Positions 16,328 through 25,731 of a stretch of 64,000 nucleotides of DNA are shown piece after piece; the first letter of the stretch is position 1; each line of letters starts with the position of its first letter. This DNA comes from an uncultured Oscillospiraceae bacterium (GTDB taxonomy: Bacteria > Bacillota > Clostridia > Oscillospirales > Oscillospiraceae), in contig CAKTOX010000001.1 in assembly GCA_934590355.1 (NCBI GenBank), positions 69,249 to 133,248 on the forward strand, in the 5' to 3' direction. The notes beneath the pieces were generated by a model. The model saw nothing but the letters and a program-made list of their open reading frames with translations. It did no database searches and was not told the origin of the DNA. The translations under genes and the position numbers were made by a program.

Positions 16328-16626
16328 GCGGCCTTTGACAAGACTGCACACCCAACTTCGAATAATGCCATATGCCCGCCCCACCGGCAGCCGGCTCAGA
16401 GCCGGCACCCTCGCGGCACACGAAAAGCACCGCTTAATGCTGCTCGGTTCCCCGCCTGACATGGTTCACGGGTTTCCGTTGCGCGAGACCGGCTCGTCAA
16501 CGCTGCTTACCGGAGTCAGACGACACATGACAGATCCTATGTTGGGAATTCATTCCTGCTGTAGCGGATTGCAGGTTACAGGGCACCGCTGGCTCCCCAA
16601 CTAGTGCAGCCTTGTCAAAAGCCGCG
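16328..16626 (-). ncRNA. ffs: signal recognition particle RNA, long Bacillus-type (with Alu domain)
   Basis: Minus strand reads GGGGAGCCAGCGGTGCCCTGTAACCTGCAATCCGCTACAGCAGG (Alu domain, close to B. subtilis scRNA) and GTGAACCATGTCAGGCGGGGAACCGAGCAGCATTAAGCGG (domain IV with GGAA loop); terminal stem GGCTTTTGACAAGGCTGCAC/GTGCAGTCTTGTCAAAGGCC; directly upstream of dnaX; ends +/-5 nt. Confidence 0.85.
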
Positions 16627-16631
16627 GAAAT

Positions 16632-16660
16632 ATTATAACTCAAATCGGAGATATAATCAA
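16632..16660 (-). promoter_or_regulatory. promoter of ffs(-dnaX)
   Basis: Minus strand TTGATT (16660-16655), 17 nt, TATAAT (16637-16632), about 7 nt before the RNA 5' stem. Confidence 0.6.
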
Positions 16661-16671
16661 TAAATATTTTC

Positions 16672-16699
16672 TTTACTTTTCTGAAAAGTGTGTTATAAT
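16672..16699 (+). promoter_or_regulatory. promoter of tRNA-Ala
   Basis: TTTACT (16672-16677), 16 nt, extended -10 TGTTATAAT (16691-16699); back-to-back with the ffs promoter. Confidence 0.5.
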
Positions 16700-16718
16700 A
16701 CTAAAGCTGATAGCACTT

Positions 16719-16794
16719 GGGCCCGTAGCGCAGCTGGGAGCGCGTTCGGTTCGCATCCGAGAGGTCGAGGGTTCGAATCCCTTCGGGTCCACCA
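16719..16794 (+). tRNA. tRNA-Ala (anticodon CGC)
   Basis: 76 nt; acceptor GGGCCCG/CGGGTCC with the G3:U70 alanine identity pair; anticodon loop TTCGCAT; T-loop GGTTCGAATCC; encoded CCA. Confidence 0.9.
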
Positions 16795-16798
16795 TAGT

Positions 16799-16839
16799 AA
16801 GCACGGTAATTTTGATAGAATTGCCGTGCTTTTTCTTTT
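16799..16839 (+). terminator. Rho-independent terminator after tRNA-Ala
   Basis: AAGCACGGTAATT/AATTGCCGTGCTT stem (one G-U pair) followed by TTTTCTTTT. Confidence 0.8.
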
Positions 16840-16960
16840 GCAGAAATATTGAATTCATTTCCCCTCCTCCGCGGCAAAGTCCTGATTATTGTACACCAAG
16901 CATGATAGAATAGCTTTGTAAAGCATATTAAGCCATCGCGGTTTTGGAAAGGAGACGGAG

Positions 16961-17842
16961 ATGAAAGCATACTTAAAGAGCTTCAGAATGCCGACAAGAG
17001 AGCAGGAGGAGGGCTTCTTAAACTACGACCGAAGGACTCTGCTGAGCTCAAAGTATCCCTTTAACGTGTTTCGCTATCGTGAGCTGCCTACCTTTGAATT
17101 CGGAGCAGTCACTATTTTCTGCGGCGGCAACGGCAGCGGCAAGTCCACCATACTCAACGTAATCGCCGAGAGACTTAATCTACGGCGCGGCGCGATTTAC
17201 AACCGTTCCGAAGAATTTGAGGATTACGTCGGGCTTTGCCGCCACGAGCTTTACTCCGGTATGATTATCCCGCCGGAGAGCAAGATCATCACAAGCGACG
17301 ATGTGTTTGACTATTTGCTGGATATCCGATATATAAACAGCGGCATTGACAAAAATCGCAATGAGCTGTTTGAAGCGTACTTCAGCAACAGGGGCGTCAG
17401 CCCGGAGGACGCGCGGCTGCGCTCTCTTGACGATTATGACCGCTGGCGGGAGATCGCCGACGCAAAGAAGCTCAAGAGACCTAATCCCGTGCCGTTTGTA
17501 AAGAATCGTGCGATGCGTAACTTGCAGGAGCGCTCCAACGGCGAAAGCGCACTTATGTACTTCACCGAGGAGATAAGGGAGAATGCCCTGTATCTGTTGG
17601 ATGAGCCGGAAAACAGCCTGTCGGCTGAGTTTCAGCTGGAGCTGATGCGGTTTTTGGAGGCATCCGTCCGCGCATATAACTGCCAGTTTATTATTTCCAC
17701 ACACTCGCCGTTTCTGCTTTCGATGCAGGATGCGGAAATATACGATCTGGACGCAACGCCGCCGAGAAAAAGAGCTTGGACCGAGCTTGGGAACGTTCGC
17801 GTCTACCACGATTTTTTCTTAGAGCATCAAGCGGATTTTTGA
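16961..17842 (+). CDS. stand-alone AAA/ABC-like ATPase (AAA_21-type)
   Basis: 293 aa; Walker A GGNGSGKST, Walker B/D-loop LYLLDEPENSLS, H-loop region IISTHSPFLLS; no transmembrane or partner gene. Confidence 0.7.
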   Translation: MKAYLKSFRMPTREQEEGFLNYDRRTLLSSKYPFNVFRYRELPTFEFGAVTIFCGGNGSGKSTILNVIAERLNLRRGAIYNRSEEFEDYVGLCRHELYSGMIIPPESKIITSDDVFDYLLDIRYINSGIDKNRNELFEAYFSNRGVSPEDARLRSLDDYDRWREIADAKKLKRPNPVPFVKNRAMRNLQERSNGESALMYFTEEIRENALYLLDEPENSLSAEFQLELMRFLEASVRAYNCQFIISTHSPFLLSMQDAEIYDLDATPPRKRAWTELGNVRVYHDFFLEHQADF

Positions 17843-17960
17843 TACCGTTTGTTTAAAACGGTATCTGAACGGATCATGAGCTCTGCGGCGCCTTACCCCC
17901 CCCCAAGCTCCCTCGCTGCGCACTCATCTTTCCTCGGCAGCATAGTTTTTTCGACAGACC

Positions 17961-17999
17961 AAAAGCGCCGTCTCGGAGTTCCGAAGCGGCGCTTTTTTT
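17961..17999. terminator. bidirectional terminator between the ATPase and SDR genes
   Basis: AAAGCGCCG...CGGCGCTTT hairpin flanked by AAAA and TTTTTTT. Confidence 0.65.
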
Positions 18000-18004
18000 A
18001 TATT

Positions 18005-18745
18005 TCAATGTGAGTCGGAGAAGCCGCCGTCGGCGCAGAGCACCTGACCGGTTATGAACGACGCCTTATCCGAGGCGAGAAATTCCACCGCAGCGGCAAT
18101 GTCCTCGGGTCTGCCGAGCCTGCCGAGCGGGGTCGCCTCGACGAGCATATCCATCGTTTCGCTGCCGAGCGACTGCACCATGTCGGTGTTTATAACTCCG
18201 GGCGCAACGCAGTTAACGCGGATATGCGACGGTGCAAGCTCCTGCGCGAGAGAGCGCGTGAGCCCGACTATCGCGTGCTTTGTCGCGGAATACGCCACCT
18301 CGCACGACGCGCCGTGCTCGCCCCATATCGACGATATGTTCACTATGCAGCCGGAGTGCTCATGCAGCATATCCGGCAGCACCTCCTGTATCGTATTGAA
18401 CGCGCCGCCTATGTTCACCGCCAAAACGCGCTGCCAATACTCGCTGCTTATGTCCTGAAACAGTCCCTGCTTTGCGATGCCCGCGTTATTGACAAGAAGC
18501 GTTATCTGCCCGAGACGCGAGCGCACCTCACACACCATTTCGTGCACGGCCTCGCGGTCGGCAACGTCGGCTCTGTACGACATCGCCTCGAAGCCGCGTG
18601 AAGTAAGCTCCTGCTCGAGCTGCCGCGCCATATCCTCGCGCTCTATATAATTTATGCACACCGCATAGCCCGCCTCGGCAAGCGCTGCGGCGCAGGCTCT
18701 TCCGATGCCGCGTGAGGAGCCTGTTATAAGTGCGACTTTTTTCAT
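18005..18745 (-). CDS. SDR-family oxidoreductase (FabG-like)
   Basis: MKKVALITGSSRGIGRA (TGxxxGIG), NNAG, YSATK catalytic motif; ATG 18745 lies 7 nt after AAGGTGA. Confidence 0.85.
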   Translation of the reverse strand: MKKVALITGSSRGIGRACAAALAEAGYAVCINYIEREDMARQLEQELTSRGFEAMSYRADVADREAVHEMVCEVRSRLGQITLLVNNAGIAKQGLFQDISSEYWQRVLAVNIGGAFNTIQEVLPDMLHEHSGCIVNISSIWGEHGASCEVAYSATKHAIVGLTRSLAQELAPSHIRVNCVAPGVINTDMVQSLGSETMDMLVEATPLGRLGRPEDIAAAVEFLASDKASFITGQVLCADGGFSDSH

Positions 18746-18750
18746 TATTA

Positions 18751-20532
18751 TCACCTTTCAAACTGACTTGTGTACAGCTCGCTGTACAGCCCGCCGGCAG
18801 CGAGAAGCTGCTCGTGCGTACCGCTTTCGACAACGTCGCCCTTGTCCATAACGAGGATGAGATCCGCGTTGCGGATGGTCGAAAGCCTGTGCGCTATGAC
18901 AAAGCTCGTGCGCCCGCTCGTGAGGCTGTCCATCGCCTTCTGCACGAGCGCCTCCGTGCGCGTATCGACCGAGCTCGTCGCCTCGTCGAGGATTATCATC
19001 GGCGCATTCTCGACCATGGCGCGCGCTATGGTAAGAAGCTGGCGCTGCCCCGCCGAGAGGCTGCTGCGGTCGCTCAGCTTAGTGTCGTAGCCCTCGGGCA
19101 GGGTCGAAATATAATGATCCATGCCGACGAGCCTGCACGCCGCGACGATCTGCTCATCGCTGACGTTTTCCTTGCCGTAGGCGATATTCTCGCGATAGGT
19201 CCCTTCAAAGAGCCATGTGTCCTGAAGCACCATGCCGAACATCGCGTGTACGTCGCTGCGCTTGAGGCTTGCAAGATCGACGCCGTCTATTTTTATTTTC
19301 CCGCTCCACACGTCGTAAAAGCGCATGAGCAGGTTCACCATCGTGGTCTTGCCCGCACCCGTCAGACCGACTATTGCGACCTTTTGACCGGGCTCAACGA
19401 CGGCGCTGAAGCCGTTTATTATCTGCTTGCCCTCCTCGTATCCGAAGCGCACGTCCTCAAACTCGACCTTACCGCGCACGTGGCATATCTGCTGCGTGCA
19501 GGAGCTGTCATCGGGCAGCTCCTCCTCGTCGAGGAAGCCGAAAACGCGCTCGCCCGCGGCGCCTGCGGACATGAGACTGCTCATGGCCTGAGAAATCTGG
19601 CTCAGTGGATTGGTGAAGAGCTTTACATAGCTTATAAACGCGACGACCGTGCCGAAGCTTATGCTCCCGCTCATCGTAAGAGCCGCGCCGACGACGCACA
19701 CGGCGACGTAGCCGAAGCTGCCGACGAAGCTCATGAGCGGCATAAGAAGTCCGCTGAAAAACTGCGACTTCCACGCGCTTGTGTACAGATCGTCGTTTAT
19801 TTTGTCAAACTGCTCGCGCGACTGCTTCATCGCGCCGTATGCACGCACAATGTCGTGGCCGGAGTACATCTCCTCGACGTGACCGTTCATGCACCCCAAA
19901 TTCTGCTGCTGGCGGCGGAAATACTTGCGCGATCGCGAGATGATGAAGAACATCAGCACGAAGCCGATGACGGTCGAGCCGACCGCGGTGAGTGCAAGGC
20001 GGCCGCTGGTGGCAAACATTATAATGATAACGCCGACAAACTGCACGACCGACTGCACGAGCGTCGTGATGCTTGAGTTTAGCGCCGAGCTTATGGTGTC
20101 AACATCGTTTGTGATGCGGCTGAGCACGTCGCCGACCGTGGTCTTGTCGAAAAACCTCAGCGGCAGGCGGTTTATCTTCCTGCTTATGCTGCCGCGCATA
20201 CTCCACGCAAGGCGCTGCATGACGGTTATCATCATGTAGCTTGAGGCGCAGGCGGCAAGGTTTGCCGAGATATAGATAACAAGTATCGTGACTATGGAGC
20301 CTATGACGAGCTTCATGTCAATACCGCTGACGAGCCCCGCGGCAATTGTGTCGGTGAGCTTGGCTAGCTTATCCGGCGCAATGAGCGTGAGCGCAGTGCT
20401 CAAAAGGCTGAATATGAGCGCGATGGCGACCGGCTTATACCACGGCTTGAGGTATTTAAGCAGCGAGAGCATCGCGGTTTTTGTGTTTTGGGGCTTTTCC
20501 TTGGCGCCCCTGCCCGGAGGAGAATGTTTCAT
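18751..20532 (-). CDS. ABC transporter ATP-binding/permease fusion protein (type I exporter half)
   Basis: Six-helix TMD followed by an NBD (GLTGAGKTT, LSAGQRQLLTIARA, IILDEATS); start ATG 20532 overlaps the upstream stop (ATATGA). Confidence 0.9.
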   Translation of the reverse strand: MKHSPPGRGAKEKPQNTKTAMLSLLKYLKPWYKPVAIALIFSLLSTALTLIAPDKLAKLTDTIAAGLVSGIDMKLVIGSIVTILVIYISANLAACASSYMMITVMQRLAWSMRGSISRKINRLPLRFFDKTTVGDVLSRITNDVDTISSALNSSITTLVQSVVQFVGVIIIMFATSGRLALTAVGSTVIGFVLMFFIISRSRKYFRRQQQNLGCMNGHVEEMYSGHDIVRAYGAMKQSREQFDKINDDLYTSAWKSQFFSGLLMPLMSFVGSFGYVAVCVVGAALTMSGSISFGTVVAFISYVKLFTNPLSQISQAMSSLMSAGAAGERVFGFLDEEELPDDSSCTQQICHVRGKVEFEDVRFGYEEGKQIINGFSAVVEPGQKVAIVGLTGAGKTTMVNLLMRFYDVWSGKIKIDGVDLASLKRSDVHAMFGMVLQDTWLFEGTYRENIAYGKENVSDEQIVAACRLVGMDHYISTLPEGYDTKLSDRSSLSAGQRQLLTIARAMVENAPMIILDEATSSVDTRTEALVQKAMDSLTSGRTSFVIAHRLSTIRNADLILVMDKGDVVESGTHEQLLAAGGLYSELYTSQFER

Positions 20533-22283
20533 ATGGCAAGCTCCTCCTCCGAAAGCTGACTGAGGGCTATCTGACGATACACCTCGCACGAGGACAGCAG
20601 CTCGCGGTGCGTCCCTATTCCGGCGATGCGTCCCTCGTCGAGCACGACTATCCTGTCCGCGCCCATGATGGTGCCGATGCGCTGCGCGACGATGAGCTTG
20701 GTCTGCCCCTCGGTCTTTTCCCTGAGCGCGTCCCGAAGCTGCCTGTCGGTCTTAAAATCCAAAGCGGAGAACGTGTCGTCAAAAATGAGTATCTCCGCAT
20801 CGCGGCAGAGTGCGCGGGCAATCGATAGCCGCTGCTTCTGGCCGCCGGAGAAATTCGTGCCGCCGCGCGCCACGTGTGCCTCCACTCCGTCCTCAAGCTC
20901 GAAAGCAAAGTCCGCGCTCGCGGTCTCAAGGGCGTCGTTCAATTTATCGGTATCGGCGTTTTTGCCGAACGCAACGTTATCCTTTATGCTGCCGGTGAAC
21001 ATGACCGCCTTCTGCGAAACGTAGCCTATCTTCGAATAAAGCGCCTCAAGCTCGTAATCCTTTACGTTTATTCCGTCAACGAGCACCTCGCCGTCCGTCG
21101 CGTCGTAAAAGCGCGGTATGAGATTTACAAGCGTCGTTTTGCCCGAACCCGTCGAGCCTATAAACGCGACAGTCTCGCCGCGCCGCGCCGTGAAGCTGAT
21201 ATTGCTCAGGACGCTGCCGCTGCCGCCGGGATAGGTAAAGCTCACGTTTTTAAACTCGACCGTGCCGACCGTGTCGCCGGAATCCGTGACGCTGCCGTCA
21301 ACGATCTTGGGCACCGTGCACAGCACCTCGCGGATGCGCTTTGCCGCCTCAAGTGCACGCGGTGCGATGATGACGACCATGACTATCATCACAAAGCTCA
21401 TGATGACCTGCATGGCGTAGGACATGAAAACTATCATGTCCGCGAATATGTCGATGCGCGCCGTGACTGCCGCCGCCGAGCTTATGAGCACCGCGCCTAT
21501 CCAATAGATGGACATATTAAGGCAGTTCATCACAAGCCCCATGAACGGCGTCAAAAGCGTCATGGCGCGGTTTGCAAACAGCGAATTTTCAAGCAGCTCC
21601 GTGTTTGCCTTCTCGAATTTTTTCTCCTGATACTCCTCGGCGTTATACGCTCTTACAACGCGGATGCCTGTGAGATTTTCACGCGCCGACCGGTTGAGCG
21701 CGTCCTGAAGCCATTGCAGTCTGCGAAAGCAGGGAAAGGTAAATTTTATCGCAAAGCCGAGTATCACGACAAGCAGCACCACGGCAAGCGCTGTGGCAAA
21801 CGACCACTGCCACGCCTTGCCCGCGATCTTCGTTATCGCCCAAGCCGCCATTAGCGGAGCCTTCACCACGACCTGAAGCGACATGACGATCATCATCTGC
21901 ACCTGCGAGACGTCATTGGTCGAGCGGGTTATGAGGCTTGCCGTCGAGAAGGCGTTTATCTCCTCAAGCGTGAAGCTCGAGACCTTGTCGAACATTTCCT
22001 TTCGCAGCCTGCGCGAAAACGCCGCCGCGATGCGGGATGCAAAAAAGCAGACAACGACGGAGGAAACGAGGCTCCCCAGAGCGCACAGCAGCATCATGCC
22101 GCCCGCGCTCCAGACATCGCCTATGGCGCTGCCGGGAGTCTCGATAAGCGTCGTTATCTGCGACATATAGTCGGGTATTTTCAGGTCGAGCACGACCTGA
22201 GCGCATACAAACACAAGGCTAAAGAGGAAAAACATCCACTCTTTAGCCTTGAGGTATCTGAAAAGCTTCATCAGATCTTTCAT
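20529..22283 (-). CDS. ABC transporter ATP-binding/permease fusion protein (partner half)
   Basis: 584 aa; GSTGSGKTT, FSGGQKQRLSIARA, LIFDDTFSALD; forms a heterodimer-type pair with the next gene. Confidence 0.9.
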   Translation of the reverse strand: MKDLMKLFRYLKAKEWMFFLFSLVFVCAQVVLDLKIPDYMSQITTLIETPGSAIGDVWSAGGMMLLCALGSLVSSVVVCFFASRIAAAFSRRLRKEMFDKVSSFTLEEINAFSTASLITRSTNDVSQVQMMIVMSLQVVVKAPLMAAWAITKIAGKAWQWSFATALAVVLLVVILGFAIKFTFPCFRRLQWLQDALNRSARENLTGIRVVRAYNAEEYQEKKFEKANTELLENSLFANRAMTLLTPFMGLVMNCLNMSIYWIGAVLISSAAAVTARIDIFADMIVFMSYAMQVIMSFVMIVMVVIIAPRALEAAKRIREVLCTVPKIVDGSVTDSGDTVGTVEFKNVSFTYPGGSGSVLSNISFTARRGETVAFIGSTGSGKTTLVNLIPRFYDATDGEVLVDGINVKDYELEALYSKIGYVSQKAVMFTGSIKDNVAFGKNADTDKLNDALETASADFAFELEDGVEAHVARGGTNFSGGQKQRLSIARALCRDAEILIFDDTFSALDFKTDRQLRDALREKTEGQTKLIVAQRIGTIMGADRIVVLDEGRIAGIGTHRELLSSCEVYRQIALSQLSEEELAI

Positions 22284-23128
22284 CTGGCGGCAGCACTCTC
22301 CTCTTCGGCAACGGCGTCAATATGCTCCTGAATCATCTGCTGGGCAAGCTGTGCGGTGTCGCGGGTCTTGTGCTCCTTGACATAGTCTGCGTCAATAACG
22401 CCGATGATGTCGATAAACACCTTTGTTTTCTTAAACGGGAAGTTGTGCTGCACCGCGTCGGTGTTCCAAAGCGACGCGCACACTACCGGAACTCCGGCGC
22501 GCTGCGCGATCTTGAACGAGCCCGCGTGGAAATCCAAAAGCTGCTGTCTGCGTCCGCGCGTGCCCTCGGGGTAAATGCAGACCGAGGCGTAATCCTTATC
22601 TATGTATTCGGTCGCCTGCTTTATGGTCTTGAGCGCCTCGCGGTTATTCTCTCTGTTAAGCGAAAGGCAGCCGCACTTGTGCATGACCTTTCCTCCGACG
22701 GGGATCTTATAGTTGCCGGGCTTGGAAACGTAAATGAGCTCCTCATCGCTTATCGCGGCCTCGGCAACGATGGGGTCAAAAAACGAGCGGTGGTTTGAAA
22801 CGAGAAGGTACCGCGTATCCTTCGGCAGCTTTTCGCGTCCCGTTACGATGACCTGTGCGCCGCTGTAACGGCATATCATCTTTGCGACCTCGCGCATATG
22901 CCATTTCCAAAACTTCGACGGACGCTCCTGCGGCTCGTCGAGCCTTATGAAAAGCTCCGTGGACAAAAGCATGAGAATGACGTAGGCAAGCTGCGAGCCG
23001 ATGAAATACTCAAAAAATCTGAGGACAAGCACCCCCGTGACCTTCAGGGCGCCTCCGCCCTGTCCGGCGATGAGCGTATGCAGACCCGCACCGACGGCGC
23101 CTATGGCCGCGAAAATTCTAAAAAGCAT
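22280..23128 (-). CDS. plsC: 1-acyl-sn-glycerol-3-phosphate (lysophospholipid) acyltransferase
   Basis: HX4D motif VSNHRSFFD, PEGTR motif (IYPEGTRG), N-terminal membrane helices; ATG 23128 after GGAGAG; 4-nt overlap with the downstream ABC gene. Confidence 0.8.
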   Translation of the reverse strand: MLFRIFAAIGAVGAGLHTLIAGQGGGALKVTGVLVLRFFEYFIGSQLAYVILMLLSTELFIRLDEPQERPSKFWKWHMREVAKMICRYSGAQVIVTGREKLPKDTRYLLVSNHRSFFDPIVAEAAISDEELIYVSKPGNYKIPVGGKVMHKCGCLSLNRENNREALKTIKQATEYIDKDYASVCIYPEGTRGRRQQLLDFHAGSFKIAQRAGVPVVCASLWNTDAVQHNFPFKKTKVFIDIIGVIDADYVKEHKTRDTAQLAQQMIQEHIDAVAEEESAAAR

Positions 23129-23454
23129 TTTTAAGATCTCTCCTGATGTGAAACACAATTATAATTGTATTCTTATATATTACCACGAGTTTGTGATTTT
23201 CCAATACGAATATTTTGAACATTTTAATAATTTTATATATTTTTTGACCACATTCTTCCCACAAAAAATACAATATTGACGCATTTTTGGCAAAACCGCA
23301 TGATATGCACCGTACTTTGTTATTCAAATGACAATGTTTTGACCTGTTTCGGTGCATTTTTGTGTGTTTTGCACACCTTGAGCGTCTAAAAACTGTTCGT
23401 TTCGTAAAAATTGATAAATTTGTGGATTTTCAACGAAAGACTTGTATTTTAAAA

Positions 23455-23483
23455 TTGATTTTTTGCCCTTAATAGTATAAAAT
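23455..23483 (+). promoter_or_regulatory. promoter of the pyrophosphatase gene
   Basis: TTGATT (23455-23460), 17 nt, TAAAAT (23478-23483). Confidence 0.45.
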
Positions 23484-23553
23484 ACATAAACGAGCTGTTA
23501 ATTGTCAGTTAACGGCCGCAGACGTGTAAATAATTTTTATAGGAGTGAAATCT

Positions 23554-25548
23554 ATGGAATCCCTTAAATTCCTGGCCCCCGCTCTTGCTGTTGTCGCTCT
23601 GCTGTTTGCTTTCTACAAGATAGCATTCGTCTCCAAGCAGGACGCGGGCACCGAGCGCATGAAGGAAATCGCCGCTGCCATTAACGACGGTGCGAAAGCT
23701 TTCCTTTTTGCCGAGTACAAGATCCTCGCGATCTTCGTAGCAATCCTGTTTGTAGCCATCGGTCTGTTCCTGAAGAGCTGGACGACCGCGGTGTGCTTCC
23801 TGTTCGGCGCCGCGTTTTCCATTCTCGCCGGCTACATAGGCATGAACGTCGCCACCAAGGCTAACGTCCGTACCGCAAACGCCGCTCGTGAAAGCGGCAT
23901 GAACAAGGCTCTGTCCATCGCCTTCTCCGGCGGCTCTGTCATGGGCATGTGCGTTGTAGGTCTCGGCCTTCTCGGCGCATCCGTTCTGTTCTTCATCTTC
24001 AAGGACACCAGCGTTTTGTTCGGCTTCTCCCTCGGCGCAAGCTCCATCGCTCTGTTTGCCCGTGTCGGCGGCGGTATCTACACCAAGGCTGCTGACGTCG
24101 GCGCCGACCTCGTCGGCAAGGTCGAGGCAGGCATCCCCGAGGACGACCCGCGCAACCCCGCTGTTATTGCCGATAACGTCGGCGACAACGTCGGCGACGT
24201 AGCCGGCATGGGCGCCGACCTCTTCGAGAGCTATGTCGGTGCTATCATCTCCGCAATGACCCTCGGCGCAGTCGTCGTCGCTCAGTTCGGCGAGCTGTCC
24301 GTCATCTTCCCGCTCGTCATCGCGGCATTCGGCATCCTCGCCTCTGTCATCGCGACCTTCTTCGTCCGCGGTAAGGAGGGTGCCAACCCCCATAAGGCGC
24401 TCAAGATGGGCTCCTATGTTTCCGCACTTCTCGTTGTTATTGCCTCCATCGTGATGAGCAAGATGATGCTCAACAGCTACGGCCCCGCGATCGCGATCGT
24501 TTCCGGTCTGGTCGTCGGCCTCGTCATCGGCGTCGTCACCGAGGTCTACACCTCCGGCGATTACAAGTTCGTTAAGAAGATCGCTCAGCAGTCCGAGACC
24601 GGCTCCGCCACCACCATCATCTCCGGCACCGCAGTCGGCATGATGTCCACTTGGGTCCCCGTCGTTCTCATCTGCGTCGGCATCTTCCTTGCATACCAAT
24701 TTGCCGGCCTCTACGGCATCGCACTTGCCGCAGTAGGCATGCTCTCCACCACCGGCATCACCGTTGCCGTTGACGCATACGGCCCCATCGCCGACAACGC
24801 CGGCGGCATCGCAGAGATGAGCGGCCTTGACCACTCCGTGCGTGAGATCACCGACAAGCTCGACGCAGTCGGCAACACCACCGCAGCAATGGGCAAGGGC
24901 TTCGCTATCGGCTCCGCCGCTCTGACCGCACTGGCTCTGTTCGTATCCTTCACTCAGGCAACCGGTCTGACCGCAGATCAGGTCGCTCTGACCAGCCCCA
25001 CCGTCGTTATCGGTCTGCTCATCGGCGGTATGCTCCCGTTCGTGTTCTCCGCAATGACCATGGACTCCGTTTCCAAGGCAGCGTACAGCATGATCGAAGA
25101 GGTTCGCCGTCAGTTCCGTGAGATCCCCGGCATCATGGAAGGCAAGGCAAAGCCCGACTACAAGACCTGCGTTGCCATCTCCACCACGGCGGCTCTCAAG
25201 GAGATGCTCGTTCCCGGTATCATGGCAGTCGTCGCACCTCTGGCAGTCGGCCTTATCCTCGGCTCGACCGCACTTGCGGGTCTGCTCGCAGGCTCCCTCG
25301 TTTCCGGCGTTATGATGGCAATGTTCATGTCCAACGCAGGCGGCGCATGGGATAACGCAAAGAAGTACATCGAGGAAGGCAACCACGGCGGCAAGGGCTC
25401 CGATGCTCACAAGGCTGCTGTCGTCGGCGATACCGTAGGCGACCCGTTCAAGGACACCTCCGGCCCGTCCATCAACATCCTCATCAAGCTCATGACCGTC
25501 GTTTCCACCGTTTTCGCGGCCATCTTCACCGCAACCGGTCTGTTCTGA
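23554..25548 (+). CDS. hppA: membrane-integral pyrophosphate-energized cation pump (K+-dependent type H+/Na+-PPase)
   Basis: [51 protein letters not shown] (Ala not Lys at the K+-dependence position); ATG 23554 lies 8 nt after AGGAG. Confidence 0.95.
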   Translation: MESLKFLAPALAVVALLFAFYKIAFVSKQDAGTERMKEIAAAINDGAKAFLFAEYKILAIFVAILFVAIGLFLKSWTTAVCFLFGAAFSILAGYIGMNVATKANVRTANAARESGMNKALSIAFSGGSVMGMCVVGLGLLGASVLFFIFKDTSVLFGFSLGASSIALFARVGGGIYTKAADVGADLVGKVEAGIPEDDPRNPAVIADNVGDNVGDVAGMGADLFESYVGAIISAMTLGAVVVAQFGELSVIFPLVIAAFGILASVIATFFVRGKEGANPHKALKMGSYVSALLVVIASIVMSKMMLNSYGPAIAIVSGLVVGLVIGVVTEVYTSGDYKFVKKIAQQSETGSATTIISGTAVGMMSTWVPVVLICVGIFLAYQFAGLYGIALAAVGMLSTTGITVAVDAYGPIADNAGGIAEMSGLDHSVREITDKLDAVGNTTAAMGKGFAIGSAALTALALFVSFTQATGLTADQVALTSPTVVIGLLIGGMLPFVFSAMTMDSVSKAAYSMIEEVRRQFREIPGIMEGKAKPDYKTCVAISTTAALKEMLVPGIMAVVAPLAVGLILGSTALAGLLAGSLVSGVMMAMFMSNAGGAWDNAKKYIEEGNHGGKGSDAHKAAVVGDTVGDPFKDTSGPSINILIKLMTVVSTVFAAIFTATGLF

Positions 25549-25562
25549 TAAGTCCTTTTTCA

Positions 25563-25595
25563 AGCCTCCGGAGCTTCGGCTTCGGAGGCTTTTTA
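25563..25595 (+). terminator. Rho-independent terminator after hppA
   Basis: 12-bp stem AGCCTCCGGAGC/GCTTCGGAGGCT closed by a TTCG loop, followed by TTTTT. Confidence 0.85.
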
Positions 25596-25731
25596 CATTT
25601 TAATCACACTTTATTAACAAAAACGAGGGCGTTTTGTGGCATAATTGCACTTGTGTGTAATATATATCCCCAAGCTTGACATTGGGTGTATAATATTATG
25701 GTAACCACAAATCCACAGATCGGAGATCATT

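Noticed and set aside
16185-16604. 139-aa ORF on the plus strand upstream of dnaX.
   Set aside because: It lies entirely over the SRP RNA gene on the other strand, and its translation has no protein-like features.
14224-16626. Absence of recR after ffs-dnaX-ybaB.
   Set aside because: recR linkage to ybaB is common but not universal, and a terminator-like hairpin follows ybaB. This is not evidence of rearrangement.
16673-16970. 61-aa and 89-aa minus-strand ORFs.
   Set aside because: They overlap tRNA-Ala, its promoter and its terminator, so they are artefacts of the RNA gene.
17896-17904. C9 homopolymer tract (possible phase-variation site) and a 47-codon ORF running through it.
   Set aside because: It lies between two convergent genes and between their terminator hairpins. 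There is no RBS or promoter context, so it is most likely neutral.
23317-23334. Rex-box-like sequence TTGTTATTCAAATGACAA upstream of the pyrophosphatase gene.
   Set aside because: It matches only about 11/14 half-site positions of the TTGTGAA/TTGTTAA-N4-TTAACAA type consensus. It lies about 120 nt upstream of the predicted -35 in very AT-rich DNA, where such near-matches arise by chance.
25676-25694. TTGACA and TATAAT hexamers upstream of the M23 peptidase gene.
   Set aside because: The two hexamers are only 7 nt apart, so they cannot form one sigma-70 promoter. I left no promoter call here.
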